Source: Actinomycetota bacterium (GTDB taxonomy: Bacteria > Actinomycetota > UBA4738 > HRBIN12). Taken from it: a stretch of DNA of 64,000 nt. Made by a program: the position numbers and the translations under genes. Below, piece by piece: positions 1 to 9,797 of this stretch; within the stretch, counting starts at the first letter, position 1, and every line of letters begins with the position of its first letter. The stretch spans positions 43,766-107,765 of the forward strand of contig JAXDJX010000012.1 of assembly GCA_034667405.1 (NCBI GenBank), read 5' to 3'. A model generated the notes under the pieces. That model was not told where the DNA came from, did no database searches, and worked only from the letters and a program-made list of their open reading frames with translations.

Positions 1-1
1 C

Positions 2-784
2 CGGGTCGCGCGCGTTCGATTCTCGGCCGGAGCGACCGACCTCGTGGAATCCCCGGCCTTGGAGGTACGGGCCGTTTCGCGGCATCAGGTTGGCGAGCTG
101 GCACGTGAAGCCCTGCGCGAACTCACCGGTGCAGAACCCGAACAGCTGCCCGAGCTCACACGCCCGGTCGACGCGCTCCGGGGATGGGCCGAATGGCGTG
201 CAACGATCCAGACCATCGAAGAGGCCGGTCCCGGCGATCTGGTGCTGGTCGACGGATCGCTCCATGGAGGCCCGCTGGTCCCCCCCGCGGTCGTGAGACG
301 GGCCCATCAAACAGCGGTGGACCGGGGCGTCCACCTCGCCGGCGTGGTCAAGGCATCCACCCTGTACTGGGGGCGCAACGCCCCGCTCGTCACACTGATC
401 AAACGCCGGGCGGACCGGGAGTTGGGCCACAGCCGCTGGGTTGCGCGGATCTCCACCGATCCCGTCTTCGCGCGGCTCTATGTGGGCGAGATCTTCGTCG
501 CGCACCTCGCGCCCACTGCCGCGCACGCGTTCCGTGTGGATGTCGCGCGCGGGCCGGGGGAGCCGTTGCATGTGCTCGGCCGGCTTGCCGCCCTTGCGGG
601 CGATCCCGCGTTCGTTGGTTATCCCTATCCGCTGGCCCGGGCGCATCAGGCTGCACGCGTCACGGGCTACGCGGTCGCGGATGTTCGGCGCGCCTTCCGC
701 GAAGCGCTCACGCGCGAAGGCATGCGCGAAGACGACATCGAGATCCTGTTCCAGGATTTCCACGAGGTGCTCAATCGGAGTTGA
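2..784 (+). CDS. nurA: NurA-family nuclease, 5' end cut by window edge
   Basis: The frame of ORF 44..784 stays open back to nt 2, so the gene is probably 5'-partial. It has GDLVLVDGSLHG (NurA-type catalytic DGS motif) and C-terminal GYPYPLARAH. The stop at 782-784 lies 1 nt before the herA ATG at 786. Confidence 0.7.
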   Translation, partial: RVARVRFSAGATDLVESPALEVRAVSRHQVGELAREALRELTGAEPEQLPELTRPVDALRGWAEWRATIQTIEEAGPGDLVLVDGSLHGGPLVPPAVVRRAHQTAVDRGVHLAGVVKASTLYWGRNAPLVTLIKRRADRELGHSRWVARISTDPVFARLYVGEIFVAHLAPTAAHAFRVDVARGPGEPLHVLGRLAALAGDPAFVGYPYPLARAHQAARVTGYAVADVRRAFREALTREGMREDDIEILFQDFHEVLNRS

Positions 785-785
785 G

Positions 786-2354
786 ATGACCACGGACAAA
801 GGCCGGATCTTCGGCAAGAGTGTGCTGGAGGCGCAGTTCCGCGCCTACTACGGCACCGATCTCTTCCTGGGCGAACTCCTGGTCGCCGACGATGCCGAAC
901 GCGACCGCCGCTTCCTGTTCCGAGCCATCGATGTGACCTACGGATCGGATTCGAGCGACCCCGCGTGGGCCGAACGCACCGCCGGGGCCTACATGGCGGG
1001 CGACAGAGCCGAGATCTCCTACGAGCTGTACGACCCCGAGCAGCGCCTGTACAAGGTCGCGAAGTGCCAGCCGCTCGGCTACATCGACGGAACCAGCGGT
1101 GCGTTCCGCAAGCCGAAATCACTCCCGGCGCAATTCGCCAGGGTCACGGCGCCGGGGCCTGCGGATTTCGCGTTCCTCGCAGAACGGATGGGGGACATCC
1201 GGATCGGGAAACTCCGCTCGGGGGAGGACGTCATCGACCTGGAGGTGGGGATCAAAGGAGAGACCCTGGTCAGCCACGTCGGCGTCTTCGCGACCACGGG
1301 AATGGGCAAGTCGAACCTCATGAAGGTGCTGGCCGGTCAGGTTCTCGCGTCCTCGGGCCGCTACGCGTGCCTGCTGTTCGATCCGCACGGCGAGTATCTG
1401 GAAGGCGGGAGCGGGCTCCGGAAGGGGTTGCGCGATCATCCGTGGGCAGGCGACCGCCTGAAGGTATACGCCACGCGCGCGGCGGGCGCGGCGGCCACCG
1501 GCCTCCGTCTCTCCTTGGCCGAGCTCACCCTGGGGGACCTCCAGACCGCCTATCAGTGGAGTCACGCGCAAGAGGACGCCATCTACCGCCTGATCAGGTT
1601 CTTCGGCGACGAGTGGATCGCCCGGGTCGGCGAGGAAGACGATGTATCGAAGTTCGCCGAGGATCTCGGCGTGGCCACCAGCACGTTGCAGGTCATCCAG
1701 CGCCGGGCGCAGCGGATCTTAGATATGCCGTGCATCAGTCGCGATCCCTCGCAGCCTTCGCTGTCGGCCCGGATCGTCGAGGAACTGATGAACGGATATT
1801 CGGTCCTGGTGGATACCAGCGGCCTCTCGTCCATGGAAGAGATCCTGGTCGCATCGGTCATCACCCGGCGCGTGCTGGACACCTACGGCCAGATCTTCCT
1901 GGATGATCGGGCCGGGTTCGCGGCGCTGCCACCGACCCTCATCGCCCTTGAGGAAGCCCAACGCGTGCTTTCCAAGGTGCAACGAGGCGACGAGAACGTG
2001 TTTCCTCGCGTCGCGCGCGAGGGTCGGAAGTTCAAGGTCGGACTCTGCGCGGTGAGCCAGCAGCCGAAGCTCATCGATGATGAGCTCCTCAGTCAGTTCA
2101 ACACGTTCTTCATCCTGGGCCTCGCCGACGAGAAGGATCGGAACATGCTGCGCGGATCGTCGAAGCAAGATATCTCCGACCTCGGGCCCGAGATCCAGAC
2201 GCTCATGCCGGGGGAAGCCATCATCACGAACCTCGAGGCGCCGTTCGCGCTCCCGGCTCAGGTCTACCTCTATGAGGACCACCTTCAGACGGTGAAGGGG
2301 CCCTCGCCGCTGCCGCCGGTTCCCGAGGGCAGATCGAAGGGGTTCGCGGAGTAG
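786..2354 (+). CDS. herA: HerA-family hexameric ATPase/helicase (DUF87-type)
   Basis: Uses internal ATG 786 of ORF 441..2354 (MTTDKGRIFG...). Walker A is GVFATTGMGKSNL and the HerA-style Walker B is LLFDPHGEY. The C-terminal part carries EEAQRV and GEAIITN. Confidence 0.85.
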   Translation: MTTDKGRIFGKSVLEAQFRAYYGTDLFLGELLVADDAERDRRFLFRAIDVTYGSDSSDPAWAERTAGAYMAGDRAEISYELYDPEQRLYKVAKCQPLGYIDGTSGAFRKPKSLPAQFARVTAPGPADFAFLAERMGDIRIGKLRSGEDVIDLEVGIKGETLVSHVGVFATTGMGKSNLMKVLAGQVLASSGRYACLLFDPHGEYLEGGSGLRKGLRDHPWAGDRLKVYATRAAGAAATGLRLSLAELTLGDLQTAYQWSHAQEDAIYRLIRFFGDEWIARVGEEDDVSKFAEDLGVATSTLQVIQRRAQRILDMPCISRDPSQPSLSARIVEELMNGYSVLVDTSGLSSMEEILVASVITRRVLDTYGQIFLDDRAGFAALPPTLIALEEAQRVLSKVQRGDENVFPRVAREGRKFKVGLCAVSQQPKLIDDELLSQFNTFFILGLADEKDRNMLRGSSKQDISDLGPEIQTLMPGEAIITNLEAPFALPAQVYLYEDHLQTVKGPSPLPPVPEGRSKGFAE

Positions 2355-3493
2355 TGGCGCGACTGGTCGCACTCGGGGACACGCATCTGGGGCGGACGCA
2401 CCTCGCGCACCTGCGGGACGAGCAGGGAAGGAACCTCCGCGAAGAGGATTTCCTCCGGTCGTTCGGCTGGGCCGTGGAGGAAACCATCGCGCAAGAGCCC
2501 GACGGGTTCCTCTGGCTCGGGGACATCTTCGATCATGCGCGCCCCACCTACCGGACGTTCGGGAAGGTGTTGGTGGGGCTGAAGCAGCTGAGCGCGGCGG
2601 GACTTGGCGGCGTGAGCATCAGTGGGAACCACGACACGCCCCGGGTGCGGGGGACCGGCTCCCCGTATGCCGCGCTCGAGGAAGTGTTCGACAACGTCGA
2701 GTTCGCGTGGGCCTTGGAGGCTCGGAGCGTCGAGTTGGCCGGGGTGAAGGTCCATGCCGTGCCGCAGACGCTGGGTGTGGACGAGTTCAGAACGCAGCTC
2801 GACGTGGCCGCTGGTGGGGCCGGAGGCGATGCCACCGACCTCCTCATCGCGCACGTCGCGCTCACCTCCCTGCCGGTCAACGCGTACGGCCGCGACATCA
2901 ACGAACTCGAGGTCGAGGAGGGGGCGATCGACAAGCGCTTCGATCTGGTGGCGCTGGGTCATTATCACGTCTTCCAGAAGGCCTCGAAACGAACGTGGTA
3001 CGCGGGGTCCACCGACGCGTTCTCGTTCGCCGATCGGCCGAAGGATGCGGGGCCGAAGGGGCTCGTGGTGATCGATACCGATGCCGGCACCGTAGAGCAC
3101 ATCGAGAATCCGGGCGAACGTCCCTTGGTCACGCTCAGCGTCGAGGCGTCCGGACTGGGCCCCGGGGAGCTGGTCGATGGCGTCGAACGCGCCGCCCGGG
3201 GGACGCAGGACGGCGCCATCGTCCGCGTCTTCCTGGAACACGTGGACTCGGCGGCCTTCCGTCAGGTACGCAACGAGGAGTTCCAGGAGGCCGTGCCGGG
3301 CGCCCTCCACGTCCAGATCGAGCCCGACGTTGGTGCCGAGACCTACGCCGTGCAAGGAGCGCCCCAGATCGGTTCTCTGGTGAGCGAATGGTCGACGTTC
3401 GTGCAGACGCAGGATCTCTCGGGGCTCGAGCGTGATCAGGTGGTGGACCTGGGCTCGCGGTACCTCGAGTCGGCGCAAGGGGAGACCGTGTGA
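2354..3493 (+). CDS. mre11: Mre11/SbcD-type metallophosphoesterase nuclease
   Basis: GTG 2354 overlaps the herA stop (TAGTG). Phosphoesterase motifs GDTHLG, GDIFDH, SGNHD and GHYH occur in the canonical order. Confidence 0.85.
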   Translation: MARLVALGDTHLGRTHLAHLRDEQGRNLREEDFLRSFGWAVEETIAQEPDGFLWLGDIFDHARPTYRTFGKVLVGLKQLSAAGLGGVSISGNHDTPRVRGTGSPYAALEEVFDNVEFAWALEARSVELAGVKVHAVPQTLGVDEFRTQLDVAAGGAGGDATDLLIAHVALTSLPVNAYGRDINELEVEEGAIDKRFDLVALGHYHVFQKASKRTWYAGSTDAFSFADRPKDAGPKGLVVIDTDAGTVEHIENPGERPLVTLSVEASGLGPGELVDGVERAARGTQDGAIVRVFLEHVDSAAFRQVRNEEFQEAVPGALHVQIEPDVGAETYAVQGAPQIGSLVSEWSTFVQTQDLSGLERDQVVDLGSRYLESAQGETV

Positions 3494-5772
3494 GGGTCGC
3501 GGAGCTTAGCCTTCGGAACTACCGGCAGTTCGAAGAGGTGGATCTGGAACTGCCGGCAAGGGTCATCGGCATCGTCGGGCCGAACGGCTCGGGTAAGTCC
3601 ACGCTGATGGAATCCATCGCGGTGGCCCTCTATGGGATCGACGCGGCCCGGACCAAGAAGGATCAGATCCGCACCAGCGGCCTCCTTACTGACTGCGAAC
3701 TCCGCATGATCTTCGAACACGGCGGCAGCACGTACGAGGTTCGTCGATCCATCACCGGGAAGAACCATGCCACCGACGCAGAACTGCTCGTGGGCTCGTT
3801 GCAACTGGCCTCGGGCGTAAGCGATGTGGACTCGGAGATCGCGCGGTTGCTGCGGATGGACCGCCAGGTGTTCCGGGCCAGCGTCTTCGCCGAGCAGAAG
3901 CAGTTGGATGCGTTCTCCGACGTGACGGCGGGCAAACGCAAGGAGATGGTCCTTCGGCTCCTGGGTATCCGTCCTGTCGACGACGCCCGGAAGGTCGCCC
4001 GCAAGGATGGGATCGACGCGAGGAAGCAGGCGGAGCAGCTGGGAGGTGTCGCCGCAGATGTGACGGAGCTGGATGCGGCGATCAAGGCGGCGAAGGATCT
4101 GGACGCCGAGGCGGCAGGAGTGGCGAAGACCGCAGCCGCCGACCTGAAGAACGCGACCGCCGCCGCCGCCGCGGCAACGGCGGCCTTCGAAGCCGCCGAT
4201 GCAGCCCGTCAGGAGGCCGAGACCTTGACCGTGCGCCTCGGCGGACTCGACCGGGAGTTGGCCGGGCAGATCGCGAACCGTGACGAGATCGGCGTTCGCC
4301 TGGAGGCCACGCGAGAGGCGGTGGACCAACTTCCGGCCATGGAGGCCGAGCTGGCCTCGCTGGTGGGTTCGAGCGATCTCCTGCACGCCGCCCGGCAGCA
4401 CCGGGCGAAGGCGGACGAGCGGGACGCGCTGAAGCGTCAGCTGGACGATCTCCCCGTCTCCGATCCGCAGGGCGCCCTCGCGGCGCTCGAGGCCGCAACC
4501 GCGGCGGCCGACGACGCCCGCGCGCAAGCAGCCCGCGCCGCCGCCACCGCCGAACAACACGCCGATCTCGCCCGCCAAACGGCCGACCGGCTCGCCCGCG
4601 CCAAGGAGGCCGATCCATCGGAACCGTGCCCCACCTGCGGCCGCGAGATGGGGAAGGACTTCCGTGCCTACCTGTCGCATCGCAAAGAGGAGGCAGCCGC
4701 GGCGAAAGCGCAGGCAGCGGAGTCCGCCCGCGCAGCGAAGGCGGCTCTCGGCGCCATGGCAACGGCGGATGCGACACTCAAGCGTGCTTCCGCGGTGGGC
4801 CGGGAAGCCGAGCGGTCGGCTCGCGATCGAACCTCGCTCCAGGAGCGGCTCAACGAAGCGACGTCCGCGCTGACCGCACTAGGCACACCGTTCCACGGTG
4901 AGGTGCCCGAGCCGTCCGAACTGACGGACAAGGTCGAACGCGAGCGAGCGTTGGCTGCAGACGTGGCGCGCGTGAGGCAGCAGGTGGAGCACCGCGACCA
5001 ACTGGTCGGCGACCTCGCGGCAGCGGACGGGCGGATCGCCGAGATCGCCGCCGACAGAGCCCGGGTGGCCGCATCGCTGGAGGCCCTCGCCTACGACTCC
5101 GCAGGACACGCCTCCGCTCGCGATGAGCGTGCCAAGGCCGACGCGGCTCTCGCACTCGCCCGTGAGACCGAACGAGCCGCAACGGAGGTTCGTGGTCGTG
5201 CCCAGGCCGAGCTGGCCAAGCTGCACGGGGCGCTGGAAGAGGCGGAGAAGATGGCCGCGCGCGTCGACGAACTCCGCTCGGACGCGCGTTACCGCGACCG
5301 GGTTGCAACGCTCCTTGACGGATTCCGCAACCACCTGGTGGGCCGCGTCGGCCCCGAGCTCTCCCGCGAGGCAGAGTCGCTCTTCCGGGAGCTCACCAAC
5401 CACGAGTATGACGATCTGAAGATCGACGACGACACATTGAACATCCACATCGCAGACGGCGACACCTATTTCGACATCGATCGGTTCAGCGGTTCGGAAT
5501 CCGACCTGGCGAACCTGGCGCTCCGTGTGGCCATCTCGATGCATCTCTCGCGGGTCTCGGGTGCCGATGTCGGGATGCTGGTGCTGGACGAGGTCTTGGG
5601 TTCGCTGGACCAGGAGCGCAAGGATCTGATGGTGCAAGCGATGGGCCGGTTGTCCACGCGCTTCCATCAGCTCTTCGTCGTTACGCATGCGGATCAGGTG
5701 AAGGACCAGTTCCCGGTGGCCGTGCAGATCTCGAAGACCAGCCGGCGGCGGAGTTCCGCCGTCTTGATCTAG
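3490..5772 (+). CDS. rad50: Rad50/SbcC-type SMC-like ATPase with zinc hook
   Basis: GTG 3490 overlaps the mre11 stop (GTGTGA). Motifs: Walker A GPNGSGKST, Q-loop FAEQKQ, signature-like FSGSESD, Walker B MLVLDEV, H-loop VVTHAD. A long Ala/Glu/Arg-rich coiled coil carries a central CPTC hook. Confidence 0.85.
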   Translation: MRVAELSLRNYRQFEEVDLELPARVIGIVGPNGSGKSTLMESIAVALYGIDAARTKKDQIRTSGLLTDCELRMIFEHGGSTYEVRRSITGKNHATDAELLVGSLQLASGVSDVDSEIARLLRMDRQVFRASVFAEQKQLDAFSDVTAGKRKEMVLRLLGIRPVDDARKVARKDGIDARKQAEQLGGVAADVTELDAAIKAAKDLDAEAAGVAKTAAADLKNATAAAAAATAAFEAADAARQEAETLTVRLGGLDRELAGQIANRDEIGVRLEATREAVDQLPAMEAELASLVGSSDLLHAARQHRAKADERDALKRQLDDLPVSDPQGALAALEAATAAADDARAQAARAAATAEQHADLARQTADRLARAKEADPSEPCPTCGREMGKDFRAYLSHRKEEAAAAKAQAAESARAAKAALGAMATADATLKRASAVGREAERSARDRTSLQERLNEATSALTALGTPFHGEVPEPSELTDKVERERALAADVARVRQQVEHRDQLVGDLAAADGRIAEIAADRARVAASLEALAYDSAGHASARDERAKADAALALARETERAATEVRGRAQAELAKLHGALEEAEKMAARVDELRSDARYRDRVATLLDGFRNHLVGRVGPELSREAESLFRELTNHEYDDLKIDDDTLNIHIADGDTYFDIDRFSGSESDLANLALRVAISMHLSRVSGADVGMLVLDEVLGSLDQERKDLMVQAMGRLSTRFHQLFVVTHADQVKDQFPVAVQISKTSRRRSSAVLI

Positions 5773-5788
5773 CGCTGATTCGGTTCGA

Positions 5789-6547
5789 TCAGGCGGGGGT
5801 GGTGATCTTCGACGCCACGATCCATCTCTCTCCGCTGTAGGTCAGGAGCGTGGTTCGGAAGGCGCTCGGACAGCAGTGGGAATCGGTCGGACCGAAGACC
5901 GCCGAACGGATGGTGAGGCCCACCGGGTGGGGGGAGAACCCCACGACGGTGTCGCACGCGGTCTTCTTGAACACCTGCGCGTTCGCCGCGAGATCCAGCA
6001 GCAGGGTGGTGCCGCACGCACCGCTGCCCCCTGTGCCTTCGAAGACGAGGGCGTCATCAGAGCGGTCCGCCGTTGCCTCTCCTAGTTGGGTCTCCATCTG
6101 CAACACGCCGGCGGATGCATCCGTGGTGATACCGAACACGGGTCGCCACGGCGGTACCGCACCGGGTGTTCGTCGCCAGATCACCAGTCCGTGCGGAGCC
6201 TGCAGCGGGTCACCGGGTGCGATGTAGGCGATGCCGGCGGTCTCTCCGGCGCTCGTGGTGGTGGACCACGCGTCGGTCACGGTCACCTCGGGAGGCACCA
6301 GGGCCTGCGGCCGCAGCTTGGTCGCCGGGACATCCTTCGCGTACCCCTTGGGCGTGCCCGACGGAACGCCGGAGGGCACGAGCGAGGGGCTGACGCTTGG
6401 CTGGTCGCTCTTCGTCGGGGGCTTCACCGGCGGTGGACTCTTCGTTCGGGAGTGGAGAGTAGGAGAAGGCGAGCCTTGGGGTGCGGAACTCGCGCAGGCT
6501 CCCGCCAGGACGAGGAGGGAGATGGCCGCGATCCGCAACGAGCGCAC
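5789..6547 (-). CDS. putative secreted lipoprotein, unknown function
   Basis: Signal peptide with lipobox LVLAGAC, then a Pro/Ser-rich linker. No catalytic motif recognised. Confidence 0.6.
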   Translation of the reverse strand: MRSLRIAAISLLVLAGACASSAPQGSPSPTLHSRTKSPPPVKPPTKSDQPSVSPSLVPSGVPSGTPKGYAKDVPATKLRPQALVPPEVTVTDAWSTTTSAGETAGIAYIAPGDPLQAPHGLVIWRRTPGAVPPWRPVFGITTDASAGVLQMETQLGEATADRSDDALVFEGTGGSGACGTTLLLDLAANAQVFKKTACDTVVGFSPHPVGLTIRSAVFGPTDSHCCPSAFRTTLLTYSGERWIVASKITTPA

Positions 6548-6606
6548 CGCCTGATGCTACCGGCGGCGGCTACGCCCCTTGGGAGAGGGCCCGATAGGAT
6601 GCCGCT

Positions 6607-7128
6607 GTGACCGACTGGGACCTCACGCCCAAACGTGTGAGCGACTCGCATGTGACCCTCACGCAGATGATGGAGGTCACCGACGCGAACATCGCCGGGT
6701 ACGTACACGGTGGCGCCATCATGCGACTGGTCGATACCGCGGCCGGTCTTGCCGCCATCCGTCACGCGAGCGGTCTCTGCGTCACGGTTGCTATCGACGA
6801 GATGACGTTCCTGGAACCGGTGCAGATCGGTGACGTGCTGGTGCTCAAGGCGGCGGTCACTGACGCCGGCACGACATCGATCGAGGTGAGCGTCCGCGTG
6901 GATGCCCTGGACCCGATCTCCGGCCGAACCCGCCACGCCAACTCGGCCTACCTGGTGTTCGTAGCGGTGGACGAACACGGCGCACCCCGCCCCGTTCCCC
7001 CCCTCGTCGCCGAGTCCGATCTGGAGAAACGCCGCCAACGGGAGGCATCGCTACGGCGTGAGGCTAGGCTGGCGCACAAAGCGGCCGTCAAGGCCGCTCG
7101 GGCACAGGAAGCTGCCGACGAAGCCTGA
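6607..7128 (+). CDS. acyl-CoA thioesterase (hotdog fold)
   Basis: MMEVTDANIAGYVHGGAIMRLVDTAAG matches the acyl-CoA hydrolase hotdog core. The C-terminal tail is basic and helical. Confidence 0.75.
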   Translation: MTDWDLTPKRVSDSHVTLTQMMEVTDANIAGYVHGGAIMRLVDTAAGLAAIRHASGLCVTVAIDEMTFLEPVQIGDVLVLKAAVTDAGTTSIEVSVRVDALDPISGRTRHANSAYLVFVAVDEHGAPRPVPPLVAESDLEKRRQREASLRREARLAHKAAVKAARAQEAADEA

Positions 7129-7175
7129 CGGTCCCGTGGGAGGATGGATATGCATCCGACATCGAAGGACCGACC

Positions 7176-9797
7176 ATGACCAGTGACTTCAACGGAGCGC
7201 GCGGGCGGCTGGAAACGGCCGAGGGCGCGGTCGACATCTATCGCCTGGACCACCTGGTGGAACGGGGCATCATCGCCGACCTGAGTCGTTTGCCCCACAC
7301 CGTCAAGATCCTCCTGGAGAACCTCCTGCGCCGCGCCGGAACGCGCGATGTGGCCGACCGCGATATCGCTGCGCTCGCCGCGTGGCCGGCGCCGGCCGCG
7401 GATATCGCGTTCATGCCCGGACGCGTCCTCATGCAGGACTTCACCGGGGTGCCGGCGGTGGTCGACCTGGCCGCGATGCGGAGCGCCACGGCTCGCGCCG
7501 GTGGCGACCCGGCACAGATCAACCCGCTCATCCCAACGGACCTCATCATCGATCACAGCGTCCAGGTGGACCTGTTCCGGTCGGCAGATGCCTATGAGGC
7601 GAACATCGAACGTGAATACGGCCGCAACGGCGAGCGCTACGCCTTCCTTCGCTGGGCGCAGGAGGCGTTCAACGGTCTCCGCGTGGTCCCACCCGGTGCC
7701 GGCATCTGTCATCAGGTGAACCTCGAGCACCTGGGCACGGTGGTGTCCGTCCTGGACGGCGTGGCCTATCCGGACACGGTGGTCGGAACCGACTCGCACA
7801 CCACGATGATCAACGGACTCGGCATCTTGGGCTGGGGTGTGGGGGGTATCGAGGCCGAGGCGGCGATGCTTGGCCAACCGATGTTCATGCCGCAGCCGCT
7901 CGTGCTGGGTGTTCGGCTGGATGGATCTCTTCCCGCAGGCACCACGGCGACCGACCTGGTCCTGACGCTCACGCAGTTGTTGCGGACCCATGGGGTCGTG
8001 GGGATGTTCGTCGAGTTCTTCGGCGACGGACTCTCCACCCTCTCTGTGGCCGATCGCGCCACGCTTTCGAACATGTGTCCCGAGTACGGAGCCACCGCCG
8101 CGTACTTCCCCGTCGATCACCAGACGCTCCAGTTCCTTCGGTTCACGAACCGGAGCGCGGACCTGGTCGAGGCCTACGCGAAAGCACAAGGGCTCTTCCG
8201 CGCCGACGGCGATCCGGCACCGGAGTTCTCCGAGGTGCTCGACCTCGATCTCTCTGCCATCGAACCGTCCCTGGCCGGTCCAACACGGCCACAGGATCGC
8301 GTCACGCTCTCGGGTGTGTGGGGCAGCTTCACCGAGCGCTTCGGTGACCGGCGCGCCGAGCAGGGGGACGCCCACGTCCGCGACGGAAGCGTGGTGATCG
8401 CAGCGATCACCTCCTGTACCAACACGTCGAACCCATCCGTCATGCTCGCCGCCGCGCTGCTGGCGAAGAACGCAGTCGAGGCCGGGATCGACGTGCAGCC
8501 GTGGGTGAAGACGTCGCTGGCGCCCGGATCGCGCGTTGTCACGGACTACTTGGATCGGGCAGGTCTCACGCCGTACCTCGAGAAGCTGGGCTTCGCGCTT
8601 GTTGGCTACGGGTGCACCACGTGCATCGGGAACTCGGGTCCACTCCCGGATGACGTGGCCGCCGCCGTGGACGAGCGCGGACTCAATGTCGCCGCCGTGC
8701 TCTCGGGCAATCGGAACTTCGAGGGGCGGGTGCACCCGCAGGTGCGCGCCTCCTACCTGGCGTCCCCTCCCTTGGTCGTCGCCTACGCTCTGGCCGGCCG
8801 GCTGGACATCGACCTTTCAACAGAGCCGTTGGGACACGGCCCGGACGGCCCGGTCATGCTCGCCGATATCTGGCCGAGCGCCGCCGAGGTGGCCGAGAAG
8901 ATCACCTCGTCGATCGACAAGGAGCAGTTCGAGGAGGAGTACGCCAGGGTCTGGGAGGGCGACGATCATTGGCGTTCGCTCCCCACACCAACGGGCGGGG
9001 TGTACGACTGGGACCCCGCGTCGACCTATGTTCAGGAACCTCCGTATTTCGAGAACCTGGACGAGCAGGCGGTCGGCGGAGACATCGAGACGGCCCGCAT
9101 CCTGGTGAAGGTGGGGGACTCGATCACCACCGACCACATCTCACCCGCCGGTTCGATCAAGCCCGATTCACCCGCCGGCAGATACTTGCAGGACCACGGG
9201 GTGACGCCGCTCAACTTCAACTCCTACGGCGCACGGCGCGGCAATCACCAGGTGATGATGCGAGGAACCTTCGCGAACATCCGCTTGCGGAACGAACTTG
9301 CGCCCGGCACGGAAGGGCCGTTCACCACGCACCTGCCGAGCGGGGAGGTGATGAGCGTCTTCGACGGCGCCGAACGCTATCGCGATGAGGCCGTGCCGCT
9401 CGGAGTGCTCGCCGGCAAGGAGTACGGCAGTGGTTCGAGTCGCGACTGGGCGGCCAAAGGCCCGAACCTGCTGGGTATCCGGTTCGTCCTTGCCGAGAGC
9501 TTCGAACGCATCCATCGCTCGAACCTGGTGGGGATGGGTGTGCTGCCACTCGAGTTCAAGCCGGGGGAGACCTCGGCATCGCACGGGCTCACCGGCCGCG
9601 AGGTGTTCGCCGTTCGTGGGGTCGGTGCGGGGATCACGCCGGGCCAGGACGCGACGATCGAGGTGGCTCGCGAGGACGGAAGCACCGTCTCGTTCCCGGT
9701 CACGGTTCGCGTTGATGCTGCCGCGGAGGTGGAGTATTTCAACGCCGGCGGGATCCTCCGGCTGGTCTTGCGACAGATGCTCGCCCGGGGTCGCTAG
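7176..9797 (+). CDS. acnA: aconitate hydratase A
   Basis: 873 aa. Fe-S cluster ligand motifs ITSCTNTSNP and GCTTCIGNSGPL are present, and the aconitase/IRP family pattern runs throughout. Confidence 0.97.
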   Translation: MTSDFNGARGRLETAEGAVDIYRLDHLVERGIIADLSRLPHTVKILLENLLRRAGTRDVADRDIAALAAWPAPAADIAFMPGRVLMQDFTGVPAVVDLAAMRSATARAGGDPAQINPLIPTDLIIDHSVQVDLFRSADAYEANIEREYGRNGERYAFLRWAQEAFNGLRVVPPGAGICHQVNLEHLGTVVSVLDGVAYPDTVVGTDSHTTMINGLGILGWGVGGIEAEAAMLGQPMFMPQPLVLGVRLDGSLPAGTTATDLVLTLTQLLRTHGVVGMFVEFFGDGLSTLSVADRATLSNMCPEYGATAAYFPVDHQTLQFLRFTNRSADLVEAYAKAQGLFRADGDPAPEFSEVLDLDLSAIEPSLAGPTRPQDRVTLSGVWGSFTERFGDRRAEQGDAHVRDGSVVIAAITSCTNTSNPSVMLAAALLAKNAVEAGIDVQPWVKTSLAPGSRVVTDYLDRAGLTPYLEKLGFALVGYGCTTCIGNSGPLPDDVAAAVDERGLNVAAVLSGNRNFEGRVHPQVRASYLASPPLVVAYALAGRLDIDLSTEPLGHGPDGPVMLADIWPSAAEVAEKITSSIDKEQFEEEYARVWEGDDHWRSLPTPTGGVYDWDPASTYVQEPPYFENLDEQAVGGDIETARILVKVGDSITTDHISPAGSIKPDSPAGRYLQDHGVTPLNFNSYGARRGNHQVMMRGTFANIRLRNELAPGTEGPFTTHLPSGEVMSVFDGAERYRDEAVPLGVLAGKEYGSGSSRDWAAKGPNLLGIRFVLAESFERIHRSNLVGMGVLPLEFKPGETSASHGLTGREVFAVRGVGAGITPGQDATIEVAREDGSTVSFPVTVRVDAAAEVEYFNAGGILRLVLRQMLARGR

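Noticed and set aside
2285-4777. Minus-strand ORFs 2285..3478, 3436..4680 and 4082..4777 opposite mre11 and rad50
   Set aside because: They are antisense to genes with complete catalytic motif sets. The Ala-rich coiled-coil coding region of rad50 naturally leaves all frames open.
7150-7165. Short palindrome GGATG-GATATG-CATCC just upstream of acnA
   Set aside because: It has a 5-bp stem only and overlaps the likely RBS region. It does not match any aconitase regulator operator I can name.
6948-8735. 595-aa ORF antisense to acnA
   Set aside because: Same reasoning: acnA motifs are unambiguous on the plus strand.
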